DNA of 33,148 bases. Source: a virus. Its lineage: Duplodnaviria > Heunggongvirae > Uroviricota > Caudoviricetes. The stretch lies in the IMG/VR virus record IMGVR_UViG_2681813271_000008. One strand, written 5' to 3'. The translations under genes were made by a program, and so were the position numbers. This document shows positions 1-9,495 of the stretch, piece after piece (position 1 is the stretch's first letter; each line of letters begins with the position of its first letter). Below the pieces are notes generated by a model. That model worked only from the letters and a program-made list of their open reading frames with translations, searched no databases and was not told the DNA's origin.

Positions 1-181
1 CTGGTTGTCTGGAGATTCAGGGGGCCAGTCTACCACCCCTGATGTCAGGTAGGAAAACACCATATGTTTCTGCTCTGTTTTTCCTTAGAAATAGGCATCC
101 TTGCTGGAACAAAGCGAGCAGCTATATTGACTCTATGTTGTGAGTGTGTTGATCCGTTCTGAGTTAATACATTTAAGTTGC

Positions 182-1291
182 TCACTCTGTTTCTGCTATC
201 CATTCCGGGATTTTTGCCTCAAGCTCAAGCTGCGTGGTAAAGCCGCTGTTATCAATGGTGTGCTCGGCTTTTGCAATAATCCAGTCCTGATTATCAATCT
301 CGCTTTTAAATCCTGTTACCGTGCCATGCATTTCGGGGTAGAGTTCTGCACGTCCATGCGCCAGTGTGATGGAGAATGATGCGGCTCCGCGTTGTAGCTG
401 CTGCCACTTTGCCGCCGCTGCACGTCTTGCTGCCTGCTCGTTCTGATAAGTTTTGCGTAACACAAACACGTTGCCTTCCGCACCTTCCATATAGTCGCCT
501 TCCCGGCTGCTGCTTTTCTCCTTTTTTGGTTTTGACGGTTTGCGGCGTTTCACGCTGACTTTTTTCTTTTTCCCGTAATTAAGATCAAGCCAGTAAGCGC
601 GTACCCCCGTATACGCTTCGCGGTCAGCAATGCGGAACTGATGGCGATCGCCGCTGCTGCGTGTGATGGCGAACGAGGGCAACGGCTGGCCCTGTGCGTT
701 CACGCCACCACCGGGCATGATGAATAACAGATTACCGCTTTTTACCGTGGTGATTGCGCCCAGCATTTCCGCCATGCGCGTAAGGAAGGACATGTCGCTT
801 TCTTCGGTCTGGTCGGCGTGGTCGATTTCGATATCCATCAGCATTTCGCTGATTTGCGGTTTCAGACCATACCGATGAGCGATGGCGGATACCACACGCT
901 CAACGGTCACATCATGCCAGGACACCTCACGTTTAACGTTAAATTCAGCCCGAAAATCTGCGCTTCTGGCTGAAACAGTCAGCCTGTCCGGCGGTCCTTC
1001 GTGAGCGATTTCATCAACAATGTAAGTGCCTTTTTCTGTCAGCGGTTCTCCCTTCCAGCCAATGAGAACCGTCAGGCGCGCGCCCCGTGGCGGTAGCTGC
1101 AACTGACCATCCGCATCATCCAGCGTGATGGTGAGCTGGTCCGCCTCAAATCCCCGGTTGTCGGTCAGTGACAGGCTCATCAGGCGCTCTGCCACGCCTG
1201 ACAGCGTTTTACCCTCCGCGAGAATATCAAAATCCGGCATTTTCACGGGGTCTGTGCCCTGACTGAGCAATTGCATGGTGGTGTCGGTCAT
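182..1291 (-). CDS. D: Tail protein D (P2 gpD-like late-control D family)
   Basis: ORF track frame 182..1423; start placed at the internal ATG encoding MTDTT, which is preceded by GGAGGGAG. About 370 aa, lysine-rich internal stretch. Assigned from recalled gpD similarity and position at the end of the tail gene set. Confidence 0.7.
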   Translation of the reverse strand: MTDTTMQLLSQGTDPVKMPDFDILAEGKTLSGVAERLMSLSLTDNRGFEADQLTITLDDADGQLQLPPRGARLTVLIGWKGEPLTEKGTYIVDEIAHEGPPDRLTVSARSADFRAEFNVKREVSWHDVTVERVVSAIAHRYGLKPQISEMLMDIEIDHADQTEESDMSFLTRMAEMLGAITTVKSGNLLFIMPGGGVNAQGQPLPSFAITRSSGDRHQFRIADREAYTGVRAYWLDLNYGKKKKVSVKRRKPSKPKKEKSSSREGDYMEGAEGNVFVLRKTYQNEQAARRAAAAKWQQLQRGAASFSITLAHGRAELYPEMHGTVTGFKSEIDNQDWIIAKAEHTIDNSGFTTQLELEAKIPEWIAETE

Positions 1292-1448
1292 CTGCTCCCT
1301 CCCTGTGTGGCATGGTCGCATGTGCGTGCGGAGGGGGTTACTGCTTTTTGTTGTCGCCGTGGCGGGAGAATGGCGCAGGGGTGAGATTACGCGCGTGGTG
1401 GGTGATGATTGTTGCCGAATCATTTAACGGATACAAGGGGTTGAAGCT

Positions 1449-2633
1449 ATGAGTGAAACTCGTTTTCATGGTGCCCGTGTTACGGAAAATACCGACCTGG
1501 TAACAGCGATTAACGATGTTGATTCCAGCGTTATCGGTATCGTGGCAACGGCGGATGATGCGGACGCGGAGCTGTTCCCGCTGAACAAGCCCACACTGCT
1601 GCCCCGCGTCAATGACGTGCTGGGAAAATGCGGAACAACGGGGACGCTTTATCGTGCGCTTAAGGCCATCGCAGACCAGGTGAGCACAAAGGTGATCGTC
1701 GTTCGCGTGGCTGAACACAAAGAAGAAGACGGAAAAACGCAGGATCAACTGGTTATCGGTGGTTCTGAATCTGACGGCAGCTATACGGGGATGTATGCGC
1801 TGCTTGTTGCAGAGCAGGATGAAAGCATCGGATACCGTCCGCGTATTCTGGCCGCGCCGGAGCTGGACACGGAGGCGGTGACAAAATCCCTGTGCGTGAT
1901 TGCGGGTAAACTGCGCGCGTTTGTGTATGCCTCATGTCATGACTGTAACACGATGGCTGAGGCAATTACCTACCGCCAGAAATTCAACGAACGTGAGGTG
2001 ATGCTCTTATGGCCGGACTTCATCGCCTACAACCCGAAAAGTGGCAAAAACGAAACGTTCCCCGCGCCTGCCTATGCGTGCGGCCTTCGTGCGTACATTG
2101 ACCATGAGCAGGGCTGGCACAAATCGCTGTCCAACGTTCCGGTTAAAAATGTGCTGGGGATGTCCAGGCATGTGTTCTGGTCGTTGCAGGCCGAAGACAG
2201 TGATGCCAACAGCCTCAACAACAAAGAAATCACGACCATTATTCGTCGCAACGGGTTCCGCTTCTGGGGCAACCGCACACCGGAAACGAACGCCTACATC
2301 TTTGAGGTGTATACCCGAACCGCACAGGTGCTGGCTGATTCAATTGCGGAAGCGCAGTTTGAAACCATCGACAGTCCACTGACGCCTGCGAACGTGAAGG
2401 ATGTTATCGGTGCCATCAGGGCAAAACTGGATTCACTGGTTACTGCCGGGAAACTGATTGGGGCGTCGTGCTGGTATGACGTGGTGGATAACGGCACCAC
2501 GAATTTACGTCAGGGGCGCGTGCGTATTCGCTACAAATATACGCCTGTTCCCCCGCTGGAAGACATGGAGCTTTACCAGTCGTTTACTGATGAATTCTTT
2601 GGTCCCGCATTTGCGGTGCTGGGAGGTGCCTGA
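1449..2633 (+). CDS. FI: Contractile tail sheath protein (P2 gpFI-like)
   Basis: 394 aa ORF, AAGGGG RBS upstream; length and position match P2 FI; followed by tube, chaperone and tape-measure genes. Confidence 0.85.
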   Translation: MSETRFHGARVTENTDLVTAINDVDSSVIGIVATADDADAELFPLNKPTLLPRVNDVLGKCGTTGTLYRALKAIADQVSTKVIVVRVAEHKEEDGKTQDQLVIGGSESDGSYTGMYALLVAEQDESIGYRPRILAAPELDTEAVTKSLCVIAGKLRAFVYASCHDCNTMAEAITYRQKFNEREVMLLWPDFIAYNPKSGKNETFPAPAYACGLRAYIDHEQGWHKSLSNVPVKNVLGMSRHVFWSLQAEDSDANSLNNKEITTIIRRNGFRFWGNRTPETNAYIFEVYTRTAQVLADSIAEAQFETIDSPLTPANVKDVIGAIRAKLDSLVTAGKLIGASCWYDVVDNGTTNLRQGRVRIRYKYTPVPPLEDMELYQSFTDEFFGPAFAVLGGA

Positions 2634-3145
2634 TGGCTGTACCAAAACATCTTCGCTTTTTTACGCTGTTTGTGGATGGTGAAAACGAAGTGGGTAAGGT
2701 GACGTCCGTCACTCTGCCTAAGCTGACGCGCAAAACCGACAGCTACCGGGGTGGTGGCATGATGGGAGCGGTAAGTATTGATCTCGGCCTGGATGACTCC
2801 GCGCTTGATGCGAGCTTTGTCATGGGGGGCGCAGTTCGTGAGCTGTTCCTTAAGTATGGCGGCACGATTGACGGTACGCTGCTGCGTTTTGCGGGTGAAT
2901 ACTACACCGACGCTGAAAGCGACCTGTATGAAGTCGAAATGCGCGGACGTGTGACGGAAATTGATATGGGGGAAGCCAAACAGGGCGAAGCCACATCACA
3001 CACTTACGCCATTAAAAACACCTACTACAAGCTGAGTGTTAACGATCGCCCGTTGTGGGAGATTGACCTGCTGAACTTCATTTACCGGAAGGACGGCAGG
3101 GACATTGTGCCCGATCGCATCCGTTCCGCGCTCGGGCTTGGCTGA
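2633..3145 (+). CDS. FII: Tail tube protein (P2 gpFII-like)
   Basis: 170 aa ORF; its ATG overlaps the FI stop (TGATG) and follows GGGAGG; size matches P2 FII. Confidence 0.85.
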   Translation: MAVPKHLRFFTLFVDGENEVGKVTSVTLPKLTRKTDSYRGGGMMGAVSIDLGLDDSALDASFVMGGAVRELFLKYGGTIDGTLLRFAGEYYTDAESDLYEVEMRGRVTEIDMGEAKQGEATSHTYAIKNTYYKLSVNDRPLWEIDLLNFIYRKDGRDIVPDRIRSALGLG

Positions 3146-3199
3146 TAAGTAATATGCAGGCGGCGCAGTGCGTCGCCTCTGACTGAAAGGAGTTTCCTG

Positions 3200-3565
3200 A
3201 TGAAAGAGACGAAAAACATCGATACCGAAAACACGGTCGTTGCTGACACTGTGAAAGAAACCAGTGAGCGTGGCGTAAAACTTACCCAACCAATTGAGCG
3301 AGGCGGCGAAAAAATCACGTATGTGGAGATCACCGGGGCTATTGAGCAGGCTGGATCTCTGCGAGATTTGTCGCTGTCTGATGTGCTGAATTTGAAAGCG
3401 GAATCCATGTTTACGCTGCTGTCACGCGTGACATCACCGCGACTGGATGAAGTGACGATCAAAAAAATGGCATCCCGTGACTTTATTCAGTTATGTGTGG
3501 TTGCCGTAAATTTTTTGAGCGGTGCGGACTCTGGCGAGAAGAACGAACAGGCGACGGAAGCCTGA
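3200..3565 (+). CDS. E: Tail assembly chaperone (P2 gpE-like)
   Basis: 121 aa ORF between tube and tape-measure genes; contains the slippery heptamer used for the E+E' product. Confidence 0.7.
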   Translation: MKETKNIDTENTVVADTVKETSERGVKLTQPIERGGEKITYVEITGAIEQAGSLRDLSLSDVLNLKAESMFTLLSRVTSPRLDEVTIKKMASRDFIQLCVVAVNFLSGADSGEKNEQATEA

Positions 3566-3729
3566 TCACGGTTGTGTGCTTTGAGCACATAGAAGACTTT
3601 GTGGCGGATATTGCCGCCATTTTTAACTGGTCGCCCGCCGAAATCTTCATGATGACGCCCGGCGAAGTGGTTAGCTGGCGTGAGCGGGCGGCACTTCGCA
3701 GCGGGAATGCAGACAATGAAGACTCTTGA
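3200..3729 (+). CDS. Tail assembly chaperone E+E' (predicted -1 programmed frameshift product)
   Basis: Slippery T_TTT_TTG at 3511..3517 sits in the E zero frame (codons TTT TTG); a -1 slip enters the 3493..3729 ORF, which ends just inside the tape-measure start. Analogous to P2 E/E'. Confidence 0.6.
3511..3517 (+). other. Slippery heptamer TTTTTTG for the E/E' -1 frameshift
   Basis: Heptamer read directly; it lies in the overlap between the E frame and the -1 frame ORF. Confidence 0.6.
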
Positions 3730-6523
3730 TATCCGGGTCGCTTTCAGCGCCGTTGACAGGCTGACCCGGCCTGCCGAAAACGCCCGCCGCCTGATGGGGC
3801 AGTTTGGTGACTCCATCCAGCGAACGCAGGGGGCGATCAAAAATCTCGAGCGTCAGGCGCGTTCATTTGAGCGCGCCCGTGACGCTGTCAGTAAAGCGGA
3901 TGCGGGCATCGTGAAAGCACGACGCCAGCTTAACGCCCTTAATCAGTTACAACGCACGGGTACAGTGCTCAGCGAAAAACAACAAAAGCTGATGCAGCAG
4001 TTAAGCACCCGGCTTGAACGCCTGAATGAATCGCGCACACGGGAAATTCAGAAAATGCGGGAACTTGGCGGAGAGCTGAAACGCCACGGCATTTCCCTGA
4101 CAGGCAGCGATAACACCATCCAGCAGGCCATCAGACGCACCGGACAATACAACAACCAGCTTGAACGCGAACGGCGGGCGCTTGCGCGTGTAACGCAGGC
4201 GCGTGAGCGGTATTCACGCGCGCAGGAAACAGCGGGAAAACTGAAAACAGGTGGTGCGCTGGCAACAGGTGCGGCGGCAGCGGGCGGCTATGCTGCCGGG
4301 CGTTTTTTGCAGCCCGCTATCGGGTTCGGGAAAGAGATGTCCCGTGTTCAGGCACTGACGCGAATCGATAAAAACAGCCCGCAGTTTAAGGCGCTGCGTG
4401 AGCAGGCGTTAAAACTTGGCTCTGAAACGCAGTTCACCGCAGGCGATGCCGCCAGTGGACAGGCATTTCTTGCAATGGCTGGTTTCACACCGCAGGCCAT
4501 TCAGGCTGCGCTTCCCGGCGTGCTGAGCATGGCAACGGCTGGCGGTATGGACCTCGGCGAGACGGCGGATATTGGTTCCAATATCCTGACGCAGTTCGGC
4601 CTCTCTGCTGACCAGATGGACCGGGTCGGTGACACACTTACCGCAGCGTTTACCCGTACCAACACTGACCTTCGCGCACTGGGCGAAACCATGAAATATG
4701 CAGGTCCGGTGGCGGGTAAGCTGGGAATATCGCTGGAGCAGGCCGCAGCGATGGCGGGCGTGCTGGCGAAGATGGGTATCAGGGGGAGTGATGCAGGTAC
4801 AGCGTTGCGTAAAAGCCTGGCCAATCTGTCATCACCGCCAAAGGCAGCGGCAGAAGCACTGAAAGAGCTGGGGGTGTCAGTTGCTGACGCCAAAGGCAAA
4901 ATGCGCCCGATGGAGAATGTGCTGGCCGATCTCTATAAAGCCACCCGCAAATACGGGGAGGTTGACCGGGTATCGTTCTTTAAGGACATTGCCGGAGAAG
5001 AGGCTTTCACATCATTTATGGGCCTCGTTGATGCGGCAGGTGACGGCTTCTTAGCCAAACTGAGAAAAGAACTTGAAGGCGCGCGCGGTGAGGCAGAACG
5101 CACGGCAAAGGTTATGGCCAATAACCTTGATGGCAACCTGAAATCACTCGGCAGTGCATGGGAAGGTCTGCGTATTCGCATCAGTGATCTGGTTGACGGT
5201 CCGCTGCGTTCTGTCACGCAGTGGCTCACGCGGGTTGTCTCAAAGGTGACGGCGCTGGCGCAGGCCCACCCGGCACTGACGCGCCAGTTACTGATAGCGG
5301 GAGGCGCACTGCTGGCGACAACAGCAACGGTTGGTTCGTTGTCTCTGGTTATTGGGGTGCTTCACGGGAAGCTGGCTACGTTGCGTCTCGGTTTTTCTCT
5401 CCTGACCGAATCAATGAATGTTGTCAGGGTTCTGCCTGCATTATGGGGAATGGTGACGGGTTCCGTTTCTTTACTTGGTGGCGCTATCGGGGCGCTGTTC
5501 AGTCCGGTTAGTCTTATCGTGGCTGCGCTTGCCGGAGCTGCCGTTCTTATCTGGAAATACTGGGATCCCATCAGGGCATTTTTTGCCGGGGTGTTCAGCG
5601 GGATTATGGAAAGGCTGACCCCGTTGCGCGAAACCTTTGAACGGTTTGGCCCTGTTTTTGATGTCGTGCGCGATGGGATTATTCAGGTCTTTAACTGGTT
5701 TAAATCGCTGCTGTCACCGATGGAGTCCAGCAAGGAAACGCTGGATAAATGTGCCAGTGCTGGCGAGATATTCGGTAACGTTCTTGGCGGTGCGTTACAA
5801 CTTGTTCTGACACCTGCAAAAATGCTACTGGATACGCTGGCGTGGATACTTGAAAAACTTGGCGTCCTTCCGGATGAAGCGGAAAGGGCGCGCAAGAAAA
5901 TCGAAGACGCACAGCGTGCGGCCATTCTTCAGGACAAGGTTGCCTTGCTTCAGGGGGACCTGGCGAAAATCAATCCGCCGAAGCCTGTGGAAAATGGCAA
6001 TGGCACCGGAGGTGATAAACCCAAAGACAACAAACCGCTCACAGACAGCAATACCGGGACGCTACGCAGACTCAGCAAAATTGCTGATAACACAGGTAAG
6101 CTGGTTGATGAGACGAAAAAACGCATTGGCCCCGGCGATATTGTCTTTAAGAACCTGCCCCGCGCACTTGCTGTTCGTGGGGAGTGGCAGGAGCGGAAGA
6201 TTGCGCAGGTCAGTAAGCCTGCCCCCGCAATTAATATCACACCCGTGGTCCCGGCTCCGCTGCCTCCGGCGCTGGTCCCTGTTGTTGCGGCCAGCTCCCG
6301 CCCGGTGGCGGAGGCCATACGCTCTCCAGTGGCATCAGTTCCTGTAACTTCCCGTAACCGGGAGCCTGTTGCCTCCGGATTTGGTGGTGAAATTCATGTT
6401 CATCTGCATAACGTTGTTACGCAGAATCCCCGCGAACTGGCGAAACTGGTCGGTGAAATGGTCAGGGCAGAAATGGAACGGCGCGCCCGTGCCGGGCGTG
6501 GCAGTTTTTACGATAAAGATTGA
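3716..6523 (+). CDS. T: Tail tape measure protein (P2 gpT-like)
   Basis: Long ORF (frame open from 3680), coiled-coil-rich N-terminus and Gly/Ala-rich hydrophobic central segments typical of tape-measure proteins. Start uncertain: ATG at 3707 or 3716, the latter has better GGGA spacing. Confidence 0.85.
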   Translation: MKTLDIRVAFSAVDRLTRPAENARRLMGQFGDSIQRTQGAIKNLERQARSFERARDAVSKADAGIVKARRQLNALNQLQRTGTVLSEKQQKLMQQLSTRLERLNESRTREIQKMRELGGELKRHGISLTGSDNTIQQAIRRTGQYNNQLERERRALARVTQARERYSRAQETAGKLKTGGALATGAAAAGGYAAGRFLQPAIGFGKEMSRVQALTRIDKNSPQFKALREQALKLGSETQFTAGDAASGQAFLAMAGFTPQAIQAALPGVLSMATAGGMDLGETADIGSNILTQFGLSADQMDRVGDTLTAAFTRTNTDLRALGETMKYAGPVAGKLGISLEQAAAMAGVLAKMGIRGSDAGTALRKSLANLSSPPKAAAEALKELGVSVADAKGKMRPMENVLADLYKATRKYGEVDRVSFFKDIAGEEAFTSFMGLVDAAGDGFLAKLRKELEGARGEAERTAKVMANNLDGNLKSLGSAWEGLRIRISDLVDGPLRSVTQWLTRVVSKVTALAQAHPALTRQLLIAGGALLATTATVGSLSLVIGVLHGKLATLRLGFSLLTESMNVVRVLPALWGMVTGSVSLLGGAIGALFSPVSLIVAALAGAAVLIWKYWDPIRAFFAGVFSGIMERLTPLRETFERFGPVFDVVRDGIIQVFNWFKSLLSPMESSKETLDKCASAGEIFGNVLGGALQLVLTPAKMLLDTLAWILEKLGVLPDEAERARKKIEDAQRAAILQDKVALLQGDLAKINPPKPVENGNGTGGDKPKDNKPLTDSNTGTLRRLSKIADNTGKLVDETKKRIGPGDIVFKNLPRALAVRGEWQERKIAQVSKPAPAINITPVVPAPLPPALVPVVAASSRPVAEAIRSPVASVPVTSRNREPVASGFGGEIHVHLHNVVTQNPRELAKLVGEMVRAEMERRARAGRGSFYDKD

Positions 6524-6529
6524 GGAGTC

Positions 6530-7024
6530 ATGGCCATGATGATGATCTACGGCATGTTTGTTTTTGAGCTGCGTACATTGCCGCATCAGCAGTTACAGCA
6601 AAACAAAAGCTGGCGGCATGTGAAAAATGAACGCGTTAACCGTTCGGCAAGCTGGCAGTATATCGGTGCAGGTGATGAGCGCATCGTTCTTTCTGGTGTG
6701 CTTTATCCTGAAATTACAGGTGGCGAAGTGTCGCTGTCGCTGCTGACCACGCAGGCGTATACAGGACGACCCTGGCCTCTGATTGATGGCGTCGGGCAGA
6801 TTTACGGCATGTATGTCCTGACCGAAACGAATACGACCCGCTCCGAGTTTGATCGCTACGGTAAGGCGAAAAAGATAGAATTTTCACTGACTCTTGAACG
6901 CTGTGATGAGGATTTGCGGGAGCGCCTGCAATCCTCATCGTTCAGCGATATGCTGTCCGGCTTCAAAGATAAGGTAACATCATCCCTTAACAGCGCGGCC
7001 AGTTCAGTTAAAGGGTTGTTCTGA
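6530..7024 (+). CDS. U: Tail protein U (P2 gpU-like)
   Basis: 164 aa ORF immediately after the tape measure; N-terminus MAMMMIYGMFVFELRTLP resembles P2 U. Confidence 0.8.
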   Translation: MAMMMIYGMFVFELRTLPHQQLQQNKSWRHVKNERVNRSASWQYIGAGDERIVLSGVLYPEITGGEVSLSLLTTQAYTGRPWPLIDGVGQIYGMYVLTETNTTRSEFDRYGKAKKIEFSLTLERCDEDLRERLQSSSFSDMLSGFKDKVTSSLNSAASSVKGLF

Positions 7025-7036
7025 TTTAACACAAAA

Positions 7037-7070
7037 ACCGCTAATGGTCAGATTAGCGGTTATTTTGTTT
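7037..7070 (+). terminator. Rho-independent terminator after U
   Basis: Stem ACCGCTAAT / ATTAGCGGT with a 6-nt loop, followed by TATTTTGTTT. Confidence 0.6.
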
Positions 7071-7134
7071 CCTGACTCTTCTCTATTGTTCCGATTGATT
7101 CTCCTGCGGGGTGGTAACGATAAATCGTCGATAT

Positions 7135-7454
7135 NNNNNNNNNNNNNNNNNNNNNNNNNNNNNNNNNNNNNNNNNNNNNNNNNNNNNNNNNNNNNNNNNN
7201 NNNNNNNNNNNNNNNNNNNNNNNNNNNNNNNNNNNNNNNNNNNNNNNNNNNNNNNNNNNNNNNNNNNNNNNNNNNNNNNNNNNNNNNNNNNNNNNNNNNN
7301 NNNNNNNNNNNNNNNNNNNNNNNNNNNNNNNNNNNNNNNNNNNNNNNNNNNNNNNNNNNNNNNNNNNNNNNNNNNNNNNNNNNNNNNNNNNNNNNNNNNN
7401 NNNNNNNNNNNNNNNNNNNNNNNNNNNNNNNNNNNNNNNNNNNNNNNNNNNNNN
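7135..7454. other. Assembly gap (320 N) inside the invertase locus
   Basis: Run of N read directly. Confidence 1.
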
Positions 7455-7612
7455 ATTAATTCCTCGCTCCCGTAGTTCCCCGACGAGAGAAATCAGATGT
7501 TTCATGCTTCGCCCGAGGCGATCCAGTTTCCAGACAACCAGCGTGTCACCTTTTTGAAGGCGCTTTAAAGCGCGTTTTAATCCCGGTCGGTCTGTCTTTG
7601 TCCCGCTTAATT
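7455..7612 (-). CDS. Serine DNA invertase (Gin/Cin/Pin family), internal fragment between N-runs
   Basis: Translation [52 protein letters not shown] matches my recollection of Mu Gin residues about 34-85; flanked by N gaps on both sides. Confidence 0.8.
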
Positions 7613-7792
7613 NNNNNNNNNNNACGTGCTGCGGCATAATCCCAATGATTACTCCCTGACAGGGTTCGTAGGCCACTCAATATCAGGTGCAGTTGATGTA
7701 TCAACACGGTTCAGCAACACCCGATACTTTTTCTAGGCTTCCACCACCAGCACGACAAGATGCCGCATACAGTGACCCAGTCAGTCCAGTTT

Positions 7793-7975
7793 TCAGACAA
7801 CCAGTGCGTCACCTTTTTGAAGGCGCTTTAAAGCACGTTTTAATCCAGGTCGGCCTGTCCTTGTTCCGCTTAATTTATCTTCAAATATTTGTTCATATCC
7901 TGCACAAACAAGAGCGTTTCGTTGCAGGTCTGTATTCTGGTCATTTGTTGATACCCTTACATAGCCAATCAGCAC
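7793..7975 (-). CDS. Serine DNA invertase N-terminal fragment (catalytic-serine region), prematurely terminated
   Basis: From a GTG start after [65 protein letters not shown] then a stop; unrelated sequence follows. Confidence 0.8.
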   Translation of the reverse strand: MLIGYVRVSTNDQNTDLQRNALVCAGYEQIFEDKLSGTRTGRPGLKRALKRLQKGDALVV

Positions 7976-8029
7976 GCTGAATCTCCCGTCCAAAAGCGCA
8001 AATCATGCCATGCAGGCCGGAAACGGCCA

Positions 8030-8055
8030 TTATCTAAAACCTCGGTTTACAGGAA
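8030..8055. other. gix-like inversion crossover site (left)
   Basis: TTATCTAAAACCTCGGTTTACAGGAA closely resembles the Mu gix site as I recall it, and is an inverted copy of the site at 11452..11477. Confidence 0.75.
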
Positions 8056-9066
8056 ACGGTAAACAAGGCTGGTAACGCCGTGCAAAAAAATGGCGATACG
8101 TTGTCCGGTGGACTTACTTTTGAAAACGACTCAATCCTTGCCTGGATTCGAAATACTGACTGGGCAAAGATTGGGTTTAAAAATAATTCGGATGCAGACA
8201 CCGATTCCTACATGTGGTTTGAAACAGGCAACAACGGCAATGAATATTTCAAATGGAGACACCGCATCATTGGCACCCGGCCTAAAGACCTGATGAATCT
8301 TAAATGGAATGCTTTGTCTGTTCTTGTTGAAGCCCTTTTCAGCAGTGAAGTGAAAATATCGACAGTCAATGCACTGAGGATATTTAATTCATCTTTTGGT
8401 GCCATTTTTCGTCGTTCTGAAGAATGCCTGCATATCATCCCTACACGAGAGAATGAAGGGGAAAATGGTAATATAGGGCCACTACGCCCCTTTACGCTTA
8501 ATCTCAGAACTGGCCGGATAAGCATGGGGCATGGTCTTGATGTTACAGGGGATATATTTGCAAACCGTTTTGCAATTAACAGTAGTACCGGCATGTGGAT
8601 TCATATGCGTGACCAGAATGTTATTTTGGGACGTAATGCGGTATCCACTGATGGTGCTCAGGCTTTGCTCCGTCAGGACCATGCCGACCGCAAATTTATG
8701 ATTGGCGGTCTGGGAAATAAGCAATTTGGCATCTACATGATTAATAACTCAAGGACAGCCAATGGCACCGATGGTCAGGCGTACATGGATAATAACGGGA
8801 ACTGGCTTTGCGGCTCGCAAGTTATTCCCGGCAACTATGGCAATTTTGATTCCAGATATGTGAAAGATGTTCGACTTGGTTCACAGCAATATTATGGAGT
8901 GAACAACTGGCAAACATGGAATTTTCAGTGCCCGTCAGGCTATGTACTGACGGGGATTAACGTACAGGATACCGGAAAAAACTCTGCCGATAATATTGCA
9001 GGCGTTCATTACAGGCCAGTGCAAAAGTATATAAATGGCACTTGGTATAATGTGGCGAGTATTTAA
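8038..9066 (+). CDS. Alternative tail-fibre C-terminal (variable) cassette, promoterless, in-frame with the crossover site
   Basis: Frame is open from 8038 through the crossover core codons LGL; ORF track calls 8080..9066. Shares [13 protein letters not shown] and INGTWYNV motifs with the C-terminus of H. No independent N-terminal domain. Confidence 0.75.
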   Translation, partial: NLGLQETVNKAGNAVQKNGDTLSGGLTFENDSILAWIRNTDWAKIGFKNNSDADTDSYMWFETGNNGNEYFKWRHRIIGTRPKDLMNLKWNALSVLVEALFSSEVKISTVNALRIFNSSFGAIFRRSEECLHIIPTRENEGENGNIGPLRPFTLNLRTGRISMGHGLDVTGDIFANRFAINSSTGMWIHMRDQNVILGRNAVSTDGAQALLRQDHADRKFMIGGLGNKQFGIYMINNSRTANGTDGQAYMDNNGNWLCGSQVIPGNYGNFDSRYVKDVRLGSQQYYGVNNWQTWNFQCPSGYVLTGINVQDTGKNSADNIAGVHYRPVQKYINGTWYNVASI

Positions 9067-9488
9067 TATGATGCACTTAAAGAACATAAAAGCAGGTAAT
9101 GCTAAAACAGTGGAGCAGTATGAGTTAACAAAGAAGCACGGAGTCATCTGGCTTTACTCTGAGGACGGAAAAAACTGGTATGAGGAAGTGAAGAACTTTC
9201 AGCCAGACACAATAAAGATTGTTTACGATGCAAATAATATTATTGTCGCCATCACCAAAGATGCCTCCACGCTTAACCCTGAAGGTTATAGCGTCGTTGA
9301 GGTTCCTGATATTACAGCTAATCGTCGTGCTGATGATTCCGGTAAGTGGATGTTTAAGGACGGAGCTGTGGTTAAACGGATTTATACGGCTGACGAACAG
9401 CAACAACAGGCCGAATCACAAAAGGCCGCATTGCTTTCCGAAGCTGAATCAGTCATCCAGCCGCTGGAACGCGCTGTCAGGCTGAATA
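9035..9488 (+). CDS. Tail fibre assembly protein (Tfa / gpG-like), 3' end cut by an N-run
   Basis: About 75% identical to the next Tfa gene and similar to the minus-strand G; overlaps the end of the alternative fibre cassette. Confidence 0.75.
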
Positions 9489-9495
9489 NNNNNNN

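Noticed and set aside
1-181. Possible ogr-like late activator or attachment-site sequence downstream of D
   Set aside because: The minus-strand ATG at 61..63 opens a frame (MVFSYLTSGVVDWPPESPDNQ) that runs off the window, but it does not resemble the Ogr N-terminus as I recall it and no att core was recognised. Too little sequence to call.
1338-1748. 136-aa minus-strand ORF overlapping the sheath gene start
   Set aside because: It is antisense to the well-supported sheath gene and to the D upstream region, with no RBS; likely a shadow ORF.
3680-3715. Longer tape-measure start at 3680 as given by the ORF track
   Set aside because: It has no RBS and lies inside the E' coding region; the ATG at 3716 (or 3707) is more plausible.
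7083-7676. Single 197-aa minus-strand ORF called across the invertase region
   Set aside because: It spans two N-runs, and its N-terminal part (MAYEPCQGVIIGIMPQH) is not invertase sequence. Only 7455..7612 is supported as an invertase fragment.
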